From assembly GCA_965363685.1 (NCBI GenBank), contig CBDTUP010000002.1, forward strand, positions 1 through 32,057: a stretch of DNA of 32,057 bases, given 5' to 3'. Every line of letters begins with the position of its first letter. The stretch's first letter is position 1. Origin of the DNA: an uncultured bacterium (GTDB taxonomy: Bacteria > Actinomycetota > Acidimicrobiia > Spongiisociales > JAHEDJ01). The position numbers were made by a program, and so were the translations under genes. Of this stretch, positions 6,811 through 15,728 are shown piece after piece. The notes beneath the pieces were generated by a model that saw only the letters and a list, made by a program, of their open reading frames with translations, was not told the origin of the DNA and did not search any database.

Positions 6811-7927
6811 GCCGGACGCCTCCTGTCGAGCTCTCCGCCAGTGCAGGTATGCCTCCACCAGTCCACGGAGATCACCGTCGAGCACCCCCTGGACATTACC
6901 GATCTCGAGCTCAGTCCGGTGATCCTTGACCATCTGATACGGCTGCATCACATACGAGCGGAGCTGCCGACCCCAGCCGGCTTCTGTCTGCTCTCCCCTG
7001 ATCTCGTCGATCTGTTCTCGTTGTTGCTGACGTGCTAGCTCCGCCAGTCGGGCCTTCAGGAGTGCCATCGCCCTGGCCCGATTCTGTATCTGCGACCTCT
7101 CCGCCTGACAAGCCACGACCACATTCGTTGGCAAGTGTGTGATACGCACGGCGGAATCAGTGGTGTTCACATGCTGGCCACCTGCACCCTGCGATCTGAA
7201 AGTATCAATCCTCAAGTCGTCGAGATTGATCTCAATTTCCTCGGCATCGCCGACCTCGGGGATCACGTCGATTCCGGCGAATGAGGTATGGCGACGCGCG
7301 TTCGCATCGAAGGGGCTGATCCGAACAAGGCGATGCACTCCCCTTTCACCTTCCATTGTTCCATAGGCGTACTCACCCTTCACCGTGAAGGTTGCCGACT
7401 TGATGCCGGCCTCGTCGCCCGGAGTTATCTCGTCCACCTCGACATCGAACCCCCCGTTTTCGAGGAACCTCAAGTACATGCGAAGCAGAATCTCTGCCCA
7501 ATCCTGGGCATCAACCCCTCCCGCTCCAGCATGCACCGAGACGATGGCAGCAGAGTCGTCGTGCTCGCCGAAGTAGAGCGACTCCACCTCGAGTTCCGCT
7601 AGTTCGACATCCACGGCGTCGAGATCGGAAGTCACCTCCGCCAGAGCGTCGGTATCCGATTCGTCCTGGGCCAACTCCAGCATCAACTCGCCGTCGTCGA
7701 TAACACTATGCAGCCGCTCGAATTGCCCCAGGAGCCGCTCGAATCTGGCGAGCTTACGCGTAACCTCCGTGGCCGCCTCCGGGTCATTCCAGAGATCCGG
7801 GGCGGCAGCCCGTTGCCTCAATTCATCCAGTTCACGTTCCTTCGACTCGACGTCAAAGGAACCTCCTCGCATCGTCGAGGCGGGATCTCAAATCTAGGAG
7901 CGCGGCTCGCGGATCGGTGGTGTTCAT
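6808..7927 (-). CDS. prfB: Peptide chain release factor 2, expressed through a +1 programmed ribosomal frameshift (372 aa joined product)
   Basis: It has the SPF motif (SPFDANARRHTSFA) and GGQ (SQGAGGQHVNTTDSAVRITH). ORF0 runs from ATG 7927 (MNTTDPRAALLDLRSRLDDARRFL) to an in-frame TGA at 7853-7855. The main frame resumes at GAC 7854-7852. Confidence 0.92.
7853..7867 (-). promoter_or_regulatory. prfB +1 frameshift site
   Basis: The minus strand reads AGG AGG TTC CTT TGA C. An internal SD-like AGGAGG sits 3 nt before the canonical CUU UGA C slippery/stop context. Confidence 0.9.
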
Positions 7928-7964
7928 AGGCAAGGAGATAGTAGTGCGTGGGGCTCTTTGTCCG

Positions 7965-8013
7965 GCTGATAGCTGAAAGCTGATGACTGATAGCGGCAGC
8001 CGCTACGCGGCTG
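7965..8013. repeat. Heptad tandem array (7 units) overlapping the secA stop and 3' hairpin
   Basis: In phase: GCTGATA GCTGAAA GCTGATG ACTGATA GCGGCAG CCGCTAC GCGGCTG. The last three units form hairpin GGCAGCCGC-TAC-GCGGCTGCC (7995-8015). Confidence 0.75.
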
Positions 8014-10633
8014 CCCCATGACACTTCTTGTACTTCTTCCCAGAACCACACGGGCAGGGATCATTACGGCCAACCTTGTCGGAGTGAGCCGGACCTCTAG
8101 AGGATGAAGAGGGCTGTCCACCGCCCGCAGCAACCTGAAGCTTCGGTTTCTCTTCGCGTTTCGCAAGTTGGGCGTGAAAGAGGTAGCGGACCGCGTCTCG
8201 CTTCGCGGAGTCAACGAGGTCGGCAAACATGTCAAAACCCTCGCGCTGATACTCGACGAGCGGATCTCTCTGGCCCATCGCCCGCAGTCCGATACCTGCC
8301 CGCAGATAGTCCATCTCAGCAAGGTGCTCGCGCCACTTGTTGTCGATGATCGAGAGAATGACATTCTGTTCGATTTGTCTGAGGACATCCGAACCGAACT
8401 CGGCCTCGCGGCGTTCATAAACGGCATGGGCCTCCTCGAGAGCAGCATCGACGACGTCTACGACCGCTAGCCCACCCGGTTGATCGACCTTCTCTCTCGT
8501 CAACTCAGTGGGGTACAGCACGGATAGCTCCTGGATCAGCTCATCCCAATCCCACTCCGAAGGAGAAACCTGGTCGGTGATGGCGATCTGGACCGTCTCC
8601 TCAACAACCTCGTCAATCCACTCGCTGGCCAGCTCCTTGCTGGAATCACCTTCGAGGATTCCAGATCGCCATTCGTAGATGACCTGTCGCTGTTTGTTCA
8701 TTACCTCATCGTATTTGAGTACGTTCTTCCGGATCTCGAAGTTTTGCGACTCGACCTGACCTTGTGCCCGCTCGATCGACTTGCTGACCATCTTGGCCTC
8801 GATCGGCATGTCTTCCGGCATCCGCAGTCGCTCCATGATGGAGGAAACCCGCTCGCCCTGGAATCTTCGCATGAGATCGTCTTCGAGTGATAGGTAGAAC
8901 CTCGACTCACCGGGATCACCCTGCCGACCCGATCTTCCTCGGAGCTGATTGTCGATACGGCGGGATTCGTGGCGCTCGGTGCCGACCACGTACAACCCAC
9001 CGGCAGCGACAACTTTGCGATAGCCCTCCTCGAGCTCCGTGCTGTAGCGGGCAAACGCAGCTTCGTAGCCTTCCTTGTACTCAGGAGATTCGGGCACGAG
9101 GCCCTGGCGCTTCATCTCTCCCTTGGCCAGTTCGTCGGGGTTACCACCGAGGCGGATGTCGACGCCCCGCCCGGCCATGTTGGTCGCCACGGTCACCGCG
9201 CCCAAGCGACCCGCCTGGGCGATGATGTCGGCTTCACGCGCATGGTGCTTGGCGTTCAGCACCTCGTGTTTGACGCCGCGCTTGCGAAGCATCGTCGAGA
9301 GACGCTCGCTCTTCTCGATTGAGACAGTACCGACCAGAGACGGTTGCCCCTTCTTGCTTCGTTCGGTGAGGTCATCGATAAGGGCGTTGAACTTGGCGTC
9401 CTCAGTCTTGTAGACGAGATCGGGTTCATCGATCCGAGCAATCGGTTGGTTGGTCGGAATCTCCACGACCTCAAGTCCGTAGATCTCCGCAAATTCCGCC
9501 GCCTCCGTCTTGGCAGTACCCGTCATCCCGGCGAGCTTCTCGTACATGCGGAAGTAGTTCTGCAAGGTGATGGTCGCCAGCGTCTGGTTCTCTTCCTTGA
9601 TCTTGACGCCCTCTTTGGCCTCAATCGCTTGGTGCAACCCCTCCGAATAGCGACGTCCGTCCAGTACCCGTCCGGTGAACTCGTCGACGATCTTCACCTC
9701 GCCGTTGTCGATCAGATAGTCGACATCCTTCTTGTACAGCACCTTGGCCTTCAACGCCACATCGAGATGGTGGACGAGATCGACGGCGGCGAAGTCGTAC
9801 ATGTTCTCGACACCGAGGATCTCTTCGACGCGGGTAACACCGTCCTCGGTTGTGACAACCTGACGCTTTGCCTCGTCGATTTCATAATGTTGATCGACTC
9901 GGAGCCGATCAACGATCCGCGAGAAGTCACGGTAATACTTGGCAGTGTCGGCCACCCGACCGGAGATGATCAGCGGCGTTCTCGCCTCGTCAACGAGGAT
10001 GGAGTCGACCTCGTCGACAATGGCATAAGCGTGCCCTCGCTTGACCATATGGTCGACCCGCATCGCCATGTTGTCGCGCAAATAATCGAACCCGAACTCG
10101 TTGTTGGTCCCATAGGTGATGTCGGCACCGTAGGCCGGGCGTCGTTCCTCAGGAGTCATCGCCGACTGAATGAGCCCGACTTCGAGACCGAGGAAACGGT
10201 GAACCCCGCCCATCCACTCCGCATCGCGTGAAGCCAGGTAGTCGTTCACTGTGACAACATGCACGCCACCGCCGGAGAGGCCGTTGAGGTAGCACGGAAG
10301 GGTAGCGACGAGCGTTTTCCCCTCACCGGTCTTCATCTCAGCGATCATGCCGCGATGGAGAGCGCCCCCACCGATCACTTGCACATCGAAGGGGCGCATA
10401 CCGAGAACCCGCCGTGAAGCCTCACGAACGACCGCGAAAGCTTCCACTTCCAGATCATCGACGGATGCCCCGTTGTGCAATCGCTGCCTGAAGTCGTCGG
10501 TCTTCGCCCTCAGTTCGACATCGGTCAGCTTTTCGATTGTTGGCTCGAGGTCGTTCACTGCCGCCGTCAGAACCTCGAGATCGGAAAACGCTTTGCCTTC
10601 GCCGACGCGAAGTATTTTGCTGAGAATGGACAT
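8003..10633 (-). CDS. secA: Preprotein translocase ATPase SecA
   Basis: The N-terminus is [15 protein letters not shown]. It has the [19 protein letters not shown] motor motif and the C-terminal zinc finger [14 protein letters not shown]. Length is 876 aa. Confidence 0.97.
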   Translation of the reverse strand: MSILSKILRVGEGKAFSDLEVLTAAVNDLEPTIEKLTDVELRAKTDDFRQRLHNGASVDDLEVEAFAVVREASRRVLGMRPFDVQVIGGGALHRGMIAEMKTGEGKTLVATLPCYLNGLSGGGVHVVTVNDYLASRDAEWMGGVHRFLGLEVGLIQSAMTPEERRPAYGADITYGTNNEFGFDYLRDNMAMRVDHMVKRGHAYAIVDEVDSILVDEARTPLIISGRVADTAKYYRDFSRIVDRLRVDQHYEIDEAKRQVVTTEDGVTRVEEILGVENMYDFAAVDLVHHLDVALKAKVLYKKDVDYLIDNGEVKIVDEFTGRVLDGRRYSEGLHQAIEAKEGVKIKEENQTLATITLQNYFRMYEKLAGMTGTAKTEAAEFAEIYGLEVVEIPTNQPIARIDEPDLVYKTEDAKFNALIDDLTERSKKGQPSLVGTVSIEKSERLSTMLRKRGVKHEVLNAKHHAREADIIAQAGRLGAVTVATNMAGRGVDIRLGGNPDELAKGEMKRQGLVPESPEYKEGYEAAFARYSTELEEGYRKVVAAGGLYVVGTERHESRRIDNQLRGRSGRQGDPGESRFYLSLEDDLMRRFQGERVSSIMERLRMPEDMPIEAKMVSKSIERAQGQVESQNFEIRKNVLKYDEVMNKQRQVIYEWRSGILEGDSSKELASEWIDEVVEETVQIAITDQVSPSEWDWDELIQELSVLYPTELTREKVDQPGGLAVVDVVDAALEEAHAVYERREAEFGSDVLRQIEQNVILSIIDNKWREHLAEMDYLRAGIGLRAMGQRDPLVEYQREGFDMFADLVDSAKRDAVRYLFHAQLAKREEKPKLQVAAGGGQPSSSSRGPAHSDKVGRNDPCPCGSGKKYKKCHGAAA

Positions 10634-10686
10634 GAGTTACCAATCATATCGGTGGTAGGCGCTACTGAGGTCGTCGTGCCTCCGGG

Positions 10687-12027
10687 TCAGGAATTCTGAT
10701 ACCCGGCGACCTCGAGAAGCGCCGCCGGATCGAGTCCGGCTCCAGCCGGTGTGAGTTGATCCACAACCGTCCTCCCGATCATCGAGAATGGCTCGGGAAT
10801 CTCGAGCGAGGCGCCACCGGCGGAACGAACCAACACCACATCCGGATGGTCGGCGGCCTCGTTGTTGTTTCTGGTCACCATGACAAGTTCGCCGCCTGCC
10901 AGCTGCAATAGTGAACCGGTCGGGTACACCCCGACCATCTTTATGAACGCGTGCACCATGTTCGGGTCGTAGAAGGTCCCTGCACCCTGTAGCAGTACTT
11001 GAAGAGCCCGATTGGGCGTCTCCGCCCGACGGTAGGAACGACGGGTCGTGAGTGCGTCGTAGGTGTCGGCAGTGGCTACCAGTCGGCTGAAGAAGTGCCG
11101 TTCGCGGTCATAGACGAGCGACGGGTAACCCTGACCGTCGAAGCGGGCATGATGCTCAAAAGCTACGACGGCAGCGATTTCCTGGCCGGGAGCGGCAGCC
11201 GCCAGGATTGCGGCGGCACCTTCTTGAGGATGGAGCTTGATTTCTGCCCATTGTTCAGGATTCAAACGACCCGGATACTGCAGAGTCGATGCCTGGACCC
11301 TCACTTTGCCGATGTCGTGTAGAAGCGCGCCGACTGCCAATAGCTTGAGTTCGTCCTCGGGCAATCCAGCGAGCCTGGCGAGCGCAATCGACAGGATGCA
11401 GACGTTCACCGAGTGATAAAAGGTGTACTCATCGTGGCTCTTCATCGTCGAGAGGAGCAACGAAGCGCTTGGTTGAGCAAGCGTGTGTTCGACCAGCTGC
11501 TCGACTGCCCACGTCGCACCAGTGAGATCGAAGCCTTCATCGACCTCCAGAGCCATCGTGACTCCTCGGAGAACATCCAACGAGCGAGCGTACGACCTGC
11601 GGAGACCGGAGATCGCCTCATCGGACTCGAGTTCCGCCCTCGTGAACGGCCCTTCGTTCAGCCGGATGGTGCCACCGGCCGGAATATCACCCGACAGGCC
11701 GGCTGCAAAACCAGCGAGGTCGTAGACGTCACCTTCAGATACCGGGTACTCGAAGGAAATGGATTCGATCCCACGACTCTGCAGGTCCCGGAGAAGCTTG
11801 TTGTACTCCAGCGAGGCATGGGCCAGGAGGCTCCGATTCTCGTAGAGCGAATCACCGAGAATCGACAGCACCACCTCACCAACGGTGTCCTTGCACAGGC
11901 GGTTTGCATTCTCCCGGAGCTTTCCCAGAACTTCCGCGGTCGCCGGATGGTCGAGTGGGTACAGAGCCAGTTGGGTGGTAGCGGCCCGCAGCTGACCGAG
12001 AACATCCCGCGATATCCGTTCGCTCAT
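10687..12027 (-). CDS. HD-GYP domain protein (putative cyclic-di-GMP phosphodiesterase) with an N-terminal sensor/partner domain of about 190 aa
   Basis: It has the HD motif LLHDIGK and the motif EHHARFDGQGYP (variant of HHExxDGxGYP). Its start overlaps the upstream stop as ATGA (12024-12027). Confidence 0.8.
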   Translation of the reverse strand: MSERISRDVLGQLRAATTQLALYPLDHPATAEVLGKLRENANRLCKDTVGEVVLSILGDSLYENRSLLAHASLEYNKLLRDLQSRGIESISFEYPVSEGDVYDLAGFAAGLSGDIPAGGTIRLNEGPFTRAELESDEAISGLRRSYARSLDVLRGVTMALEVDEGFDLTGATWAVEQLVEHTLAQPSASLLLSTMKSHDEYTFYHSVNVCILSIALARLAGLPEDELKLLAVGALLHDIGKVRVQASTLQYPGRLNPEQWAEIKLHPQEGAAAILAAAAPGQEIAAVVAFEHHARFDGQGYPSLVYDRERHFFSRLVATADTYDALTTRRSYRRAETPNRALQVLLQGAGTFYDPNMVHAFIKMVGVYPTGSLLQLAGGELVMVTRNNNEAADHPDVVLVRSAGGASLEIPEPFSMIGRTVVDQLTPAGAGLDPAALLEVAGYQNS

Positions 12028-13919
12028 CCCTGGCTTCCCTTCAATGCATCCCTGGCCGAGCGTCTGAGAGTACGCGTCGACGCCGAGAAGCTGAATCGCT
12101 TGGCGGCTAGTTGCTCGAGTGCCGCACGAGTCTTGGGACTCGATCTCTCAGAGAGGAGGTCCACGACCCGCTGCTTCTCGGCCAGATCCAGGCTACGACG
12201 GTCCAGGGCAGCCACCAACACCCGCTCGGCAGCATCGCTCTGCTGGGTCCCGAGCAGCGCAATCGCGGTTTGCCGAATGCTTGGATGGTCATCGCCGAGT
12301 GCAGTCTCGAAGAACGGTACGGCTTCATCGCCAAGCATCGCCAGACCACGCAACGCCTCGAGGCGCACACGATGATCAGCGTATGAGAGAACCGGGCGCA
12401 TCGCCCGGATCGCATCGCGGTCACCTGTGTGTCGAAGAACGATCACGATATTGCGGACGAGATACCAGCGCGGATCGCTTAGACGGGCGGTTAACGGGTC
12501 GGGATCATCTGTTGCGACTTCGGACAGCATGTCGACGAGCATCCGTCTGCGTGCTGCATCCTGTTCCTCGGCGAGAATGTCCACCAGCACATTTACCGCG
12601 CTCGTACCGAGCGCCTTGAGGAGTCGCACCGCCGGGCCCGCCTCTCCACCTTCGGTGGCCGTCTGCACTACCGCACTCATGATCTCGGATGAGGAGATTT
12701 GGGCAAGGGCCTCCTCGACTTCCGGCCGCCGGTGATCGGCAAACGTGCTCGCATCCATGACAGCTCTAAGCCACAACTCCGCTCGCCGATACTGACCGCG
12801 GCGAACTGCCGTACCTACCTTGCCGATCCAGATTCGCATCAACCGGCGAAAGCGGTCATCGCGGTCTTCGGCGAACAACAACCCGCGGAAGACCTCCAGC
12901 GCGTGATAGAAGAAGTGTTGGGGATTTGGGAACTCCGACTGCAGTGCTTCAACAAACGAAGACTCGTCGACCCCTGAACCAGCCAGATCGCGCAACCGTT
13001 CGTGGACACTGACGGCAGCTACTTCTCTGGCAGCCTGAACAGCGTCGGTGGTCTGGATCAGTTCCAACAGTTCCTCCGGACGGCCGTCAACACGATCCGT
13101 CGAAACTCGCGCATAGTCGAGCAGCAAAGCAAGGCCTGATGGATCAAGACTCGGAGCAAGCCGCGCCAACTCGTTCCCTGCGAACTGATCCAGGAACGCT
13201 CGTTCAGAGTCGGATTCCTGTCGATTCAGAAACCTGGTGAATACCGCCATGCTGGCCGGCGTTGGCAGATGGAAGAAGGTCTCAACGAACGCTTTCACTA
13301 CCTCTTCCCGGCCCTGGTAATCGTCGTCATCCACGAGTACGAGGGTCGCCTGGTACTCCTCGAAAAACAGATCAGCCAGTTTTTCCGGGTCACCACCCGC
13401 CTCTTCCACCAGGGCGGCAGCAAACTCCTTCGGGTCGGAGCCTCGATCGATGATCGACTGAACGCGATCGTCTCGATCGACCACCTCCTCCTCGACGAGC
13501 GTGCGTAGCTGCGAACGTTGGATGACCGAGATGCTGGCAACACCGTCTCGCCTCAGAGCAGCCGCCACGCCGCCGGAGGCTCGGACCGATTCCTCTTCCT
13601 TGGCCAGCGAACCAAACAACTTGGCGATGTCCAAAGCACCCGGTGAATCCTCGAACCGAATCGACTCGATGTGATGGACGTAGCAACGTCGGGCAAGACG
13701 TTCTGCTCCTTCACGCTCCGTTTCCACCTCATCACCCTCTGAGAGGAAATGCGGACCCTCGACCTCGATGGTCATATCCGGCTCAACCACCTCGCGGAGC
13801 GTTTCGACAGCGCGCCGAAACGCAGGTTGCGTTTCAGGATCGGGATAGAGGCTATGAACCGTCCACGCCGTACCCAGCGCCTCAACGGCGACCACCTGCG
13901 GACGACGCTCTACTTGCAT
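12024..13919 (-). CDS. HEAT-repeat protein, function unknown (631 aa)
   Basis: The C-terminal part has HEAT/PBS-lyase-like repeats (DPRWYLVRNIVIVLRHTGDRDAI..., DHRVRLEALRGLAMLGDEAV..., DDHPSIRQTAIALLG). The N-terminal ~100 aa resemble the HD-GYP N-terminus. No catalytic motif seen. Confidence 0.6.
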   Translation of the reverse strand: MQVERRPQVVAVEALGTAWTVHSLYPDPETQPAFRRAVETLREVVEPDMTIEVEGPHFLSEGDEVETEREGAERLARRCYVHHIESIRFEDSPGALDIAKLFGSLAKEEESVRASGGVAAALRRDGVASISVIQRSQLRTLVEEEVVDRDDRVQSIIDRGSDPKEFAAALVEEAGGDPEKLADLFFEEYQATLVLVDDDDYQGREEVVKAFVETFFHLPTPASMAVFTRFLNRQESDSERAFLDQFAGNELARLAPSLDPSGLALLLDYARVSTDRVDGRPEELLELIQTTDAVQAAREVAAVSVHERLRDLAGSGVDESSFVEALQSEFPNPQHFFYHALEVFRGLLFAEDRDDRFRRLMRIWIGKVGTAVRRGQYRRAELWLRAVMDASTFADHRRPEVEEALAQISSSEIMSAVVQTATEGGEAGPAVRLLKALGTSAVNVLVDILAEEQDAARRRMLVDMLSEVATDDPDPLTARLSDPRWYLVRNIVIVLRHTGDRDAIRAMRPVLSYADHRVRLEALRGLAMLGDEAVPFFETALGDDHPSIRQTAIALLGTQQSDAAERVLVAALDRRSLDLAEKQRVVDLLSERSSPKTRAALEQLAAKRFSFSASTRTLRRSARDALKGSQG

Positions 13920-14569
13920 CAGTCGATTTGAATTAGGTCTTCACGCAAGGCGTACATCACAGCTTCGCCGCGCGAATGCAATCCGAGTTTGTCCAGGATA
14001 TTGCGAACGTGGTTCTTGACGGTGTTTTCTGAGATATAGAGCATCTCCCCGATCTCTCGACTCGTCCGGCCCTGAGCCACAGCCTGAAGAACCTCGATCT
14101 CTCGACCGGTGAGCGCCGGCTTTCGGCCGACAACCACATCCCGATGCCTGAGCATCTGCGCGACGGTCTCGAAGAGCTTCATTCCCATCGCCGGCGAAAT
14201 GACCGCTCCCCCAGTCATCACGTCCTTCATCGCCGAGACGAGGTGAGGAAGCGGCGTCGTCTTCGTGATGTAGCCAACGCTGCCCGCCTTGATCGCCTTC
14301 AGCAGGTCTTCCTCCGATTCGCTGGCAGTAAGCAGAACCACCTTGGTTTCGGGAGCAGCGGCAATGAGTTTGTCTACGACTTCCAGACCGGAAATCCCCG
14401 GCATCAAGACATCCAGGACGATCAAATCAGGCTGTTGCTCCTTGGCGACCTGGACGCCGGCCAGGGCGCCTTCGGCTGTGCCAACGACCTCAAAACCTGC
14501 ATTTTCCAGCGCGGCCGACATGCCGGCAGTGAAGAGCGGGGCATCGTCAATGATGATTACGCGCGTCAT
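13919..14569 (-). CDS. NarL/FixJ (LuxR-type HTH) response regulator, with no kinase gene in the window
   Basis: The receiver domain has IIIDD, DLIVLDVLMPG (phospho-acceptor Asp), LLTAS and a conserved Lys. The C-terminal part is LTGREIEVLQAVAQGRTSREIGEMLYISENTVKNHVRNILDKLG. Confidence 0.88.
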   Translation of the reverse strand: MTRVIIIDDAPLFTAGMSAALENAGFEVVGTAEGALAGVQVAKEQQPDLIVLDVLMPGISGLEVVDKLIAAAPETKVVLLTASESEEDLLKAIKAGSVGYITKTTPLPHLVSAMKDVMTGGAVISPAMGMKLFETVAQMLRHRDVVVGRKPALTGREIEVLQAVAQGRTSREIGEMLYISENTVKNHVRNILDKLGLHSRGEAVMYALREDLIQID

Positions 14570-15111
14570 GCCGGCTCTATCAATCCGAGGGCGCCATCGC
14601 GTCGGCGGTAGAGCACGCTGGGCATGTCGCTTTCTGCGTTCTGGAAGAAGAAGAAACTATGCCCGAGTAGGTCCATCTGCAGTGCGGCCTCCTCCGGCGT
14701 CATCGGCTTCATCACGAACTGCTTCACGCGCACAATCACAGGGCCATCATCCGGCTCGTCCTCGACGGACGCGAAGCCGAGGTCCTCACCCTTCCGACCC
14801 TTCCGCGAACGTTGTACAAGTCTTTCTTTCAATCGGCGAAGTCGCTTCTCCATCTTGTCGACGGCGATGTCGAGAGCCGCTTCGGCGGATTCGGCGGTCG
14901 ACTCGACGCGCATCATCTGGCCGGCTGCGCGACTCGTGACTTCAACCTTGAATCGTCCCTCTGCGACTCGACGATTCTGCGCTTCGGTGAACTCGACATC
15001 TGCATCGAGCACGCCATCGAAAAAGCGACCGGCGTGAGAAACCTTGCTCTCGGCCATCTCACGAAGTCGCTCGTCCACCTTGGTATTTCTACCGCGGACT
15101 CGAACTTCCAC
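14566..15111 (-). CDS. hpf: Ribosome hibernation promoting factor, long form (HPF)
   Basis: The N-terminal sigma-54-modulation/RaiA fold starts MEVRVRGRNTKVDERLRE. The C-terminal dimerisation domain reads VKQFVMKPMTPEEAALQMDLLGHSFFFFQN. The start is GTG with GGAGGT 6 nt upstream. Confidence 0.9.
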   Translation of the reverse strand: MEVRVRGRNTKVDERLREMAESKVSHAGRFFDGVLDADVEFTEAQNRRVAEGRFKVEVTSRAAGQMMRVESTAESAEAALDIAVDKMEKRLRRLKERLVQRSRKGRKGEDLGFASVEDEPDDGPVIVRVKQFVMKPMTPEEAALQMDLLGHSFFFFQNAESDMPSVLYRRRDGALGLIEPA

Positions 15112-15125
15112 GCTCTACCTCCGAT

Positions 15126-15725
15126 CTATGGACCCGGCCGTTGACCGGCTCCATCCTCACCTAGGAGACTAGTCACCTTTAGCGCGCGGGTGGCGGTAAC
15201 CGCACCAACGACCAGGTCACCCAATTCTCGTTCTGCTGCCTGCAATGTCGACCCGGTGGTAACCACGTCGTCGACAAGGATTATCGGTTCATTTGTGGGC
15301 CTGCTGAAGAACATTGGCGGATGTCTTCTGGCCGCATTCCTGCCGGTGTGAGTACGTGTCCAAAGAGGCGCCGACAGCACCCTTGCCACGATGCGACCGG
15401 TCAGTGTTGCCAACTCCTTCGCCAGGACCAGGGCCGGGTCCACCCCGTATCGCAGGCGCCTGACTCCGGAGCGAGGAACCGGGACCAGAATGCCTGGGCC
15501 ACCGTCAAGGAGCGGCATCATCGCTTCGGCCAACCACCTCCCAGCCGGTTGGAGCGATTCGAACTTGATCCTGTGCACTAGGCGACGTGCCGAGAACTCA
15601 TGGCGGAACGCCGACCTCACGAGTAAACCCGATTCGAGACGTTGAACTCCACCAGAACGAAAGTCGGCTAGACACGCCGGACAAACACTGCGTTCACTCC
15701 AGCTGCGGCAAGACAAACAGACCAT
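15126..15725 (-). CDS. comFC: ComF-family phosphoribosyltransferase-domain protein
   Basis: It has N-terminal CxxC...CxxC (CLSCRS...CPAC) and the PRPP loop ILVDDVVTTGSTL. I prefer ATG 15725. The track start (TTG 15806) would translate the heptad repeat array. Confidence 0.75.
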   Translation of the reverse strand: MVCLSCRSWSERSVCPACLADFRSGGVQRLESGLLVRSAFRHEFSARRLVHRIKFESLQPAGRWLAEAMMPLLDGGPGILVPVPRSGVRRLRYGVDPALVLAKELATLTGRIVARVLSAPLWTRTHTGRNAARRHPPMFFSRPTNEPIILVDDVVTTGSTLQAAERELGDLVVGAVTATRALKVTSLLGEDGAGQRPGP

Positions 15726-15728
15726 CAA

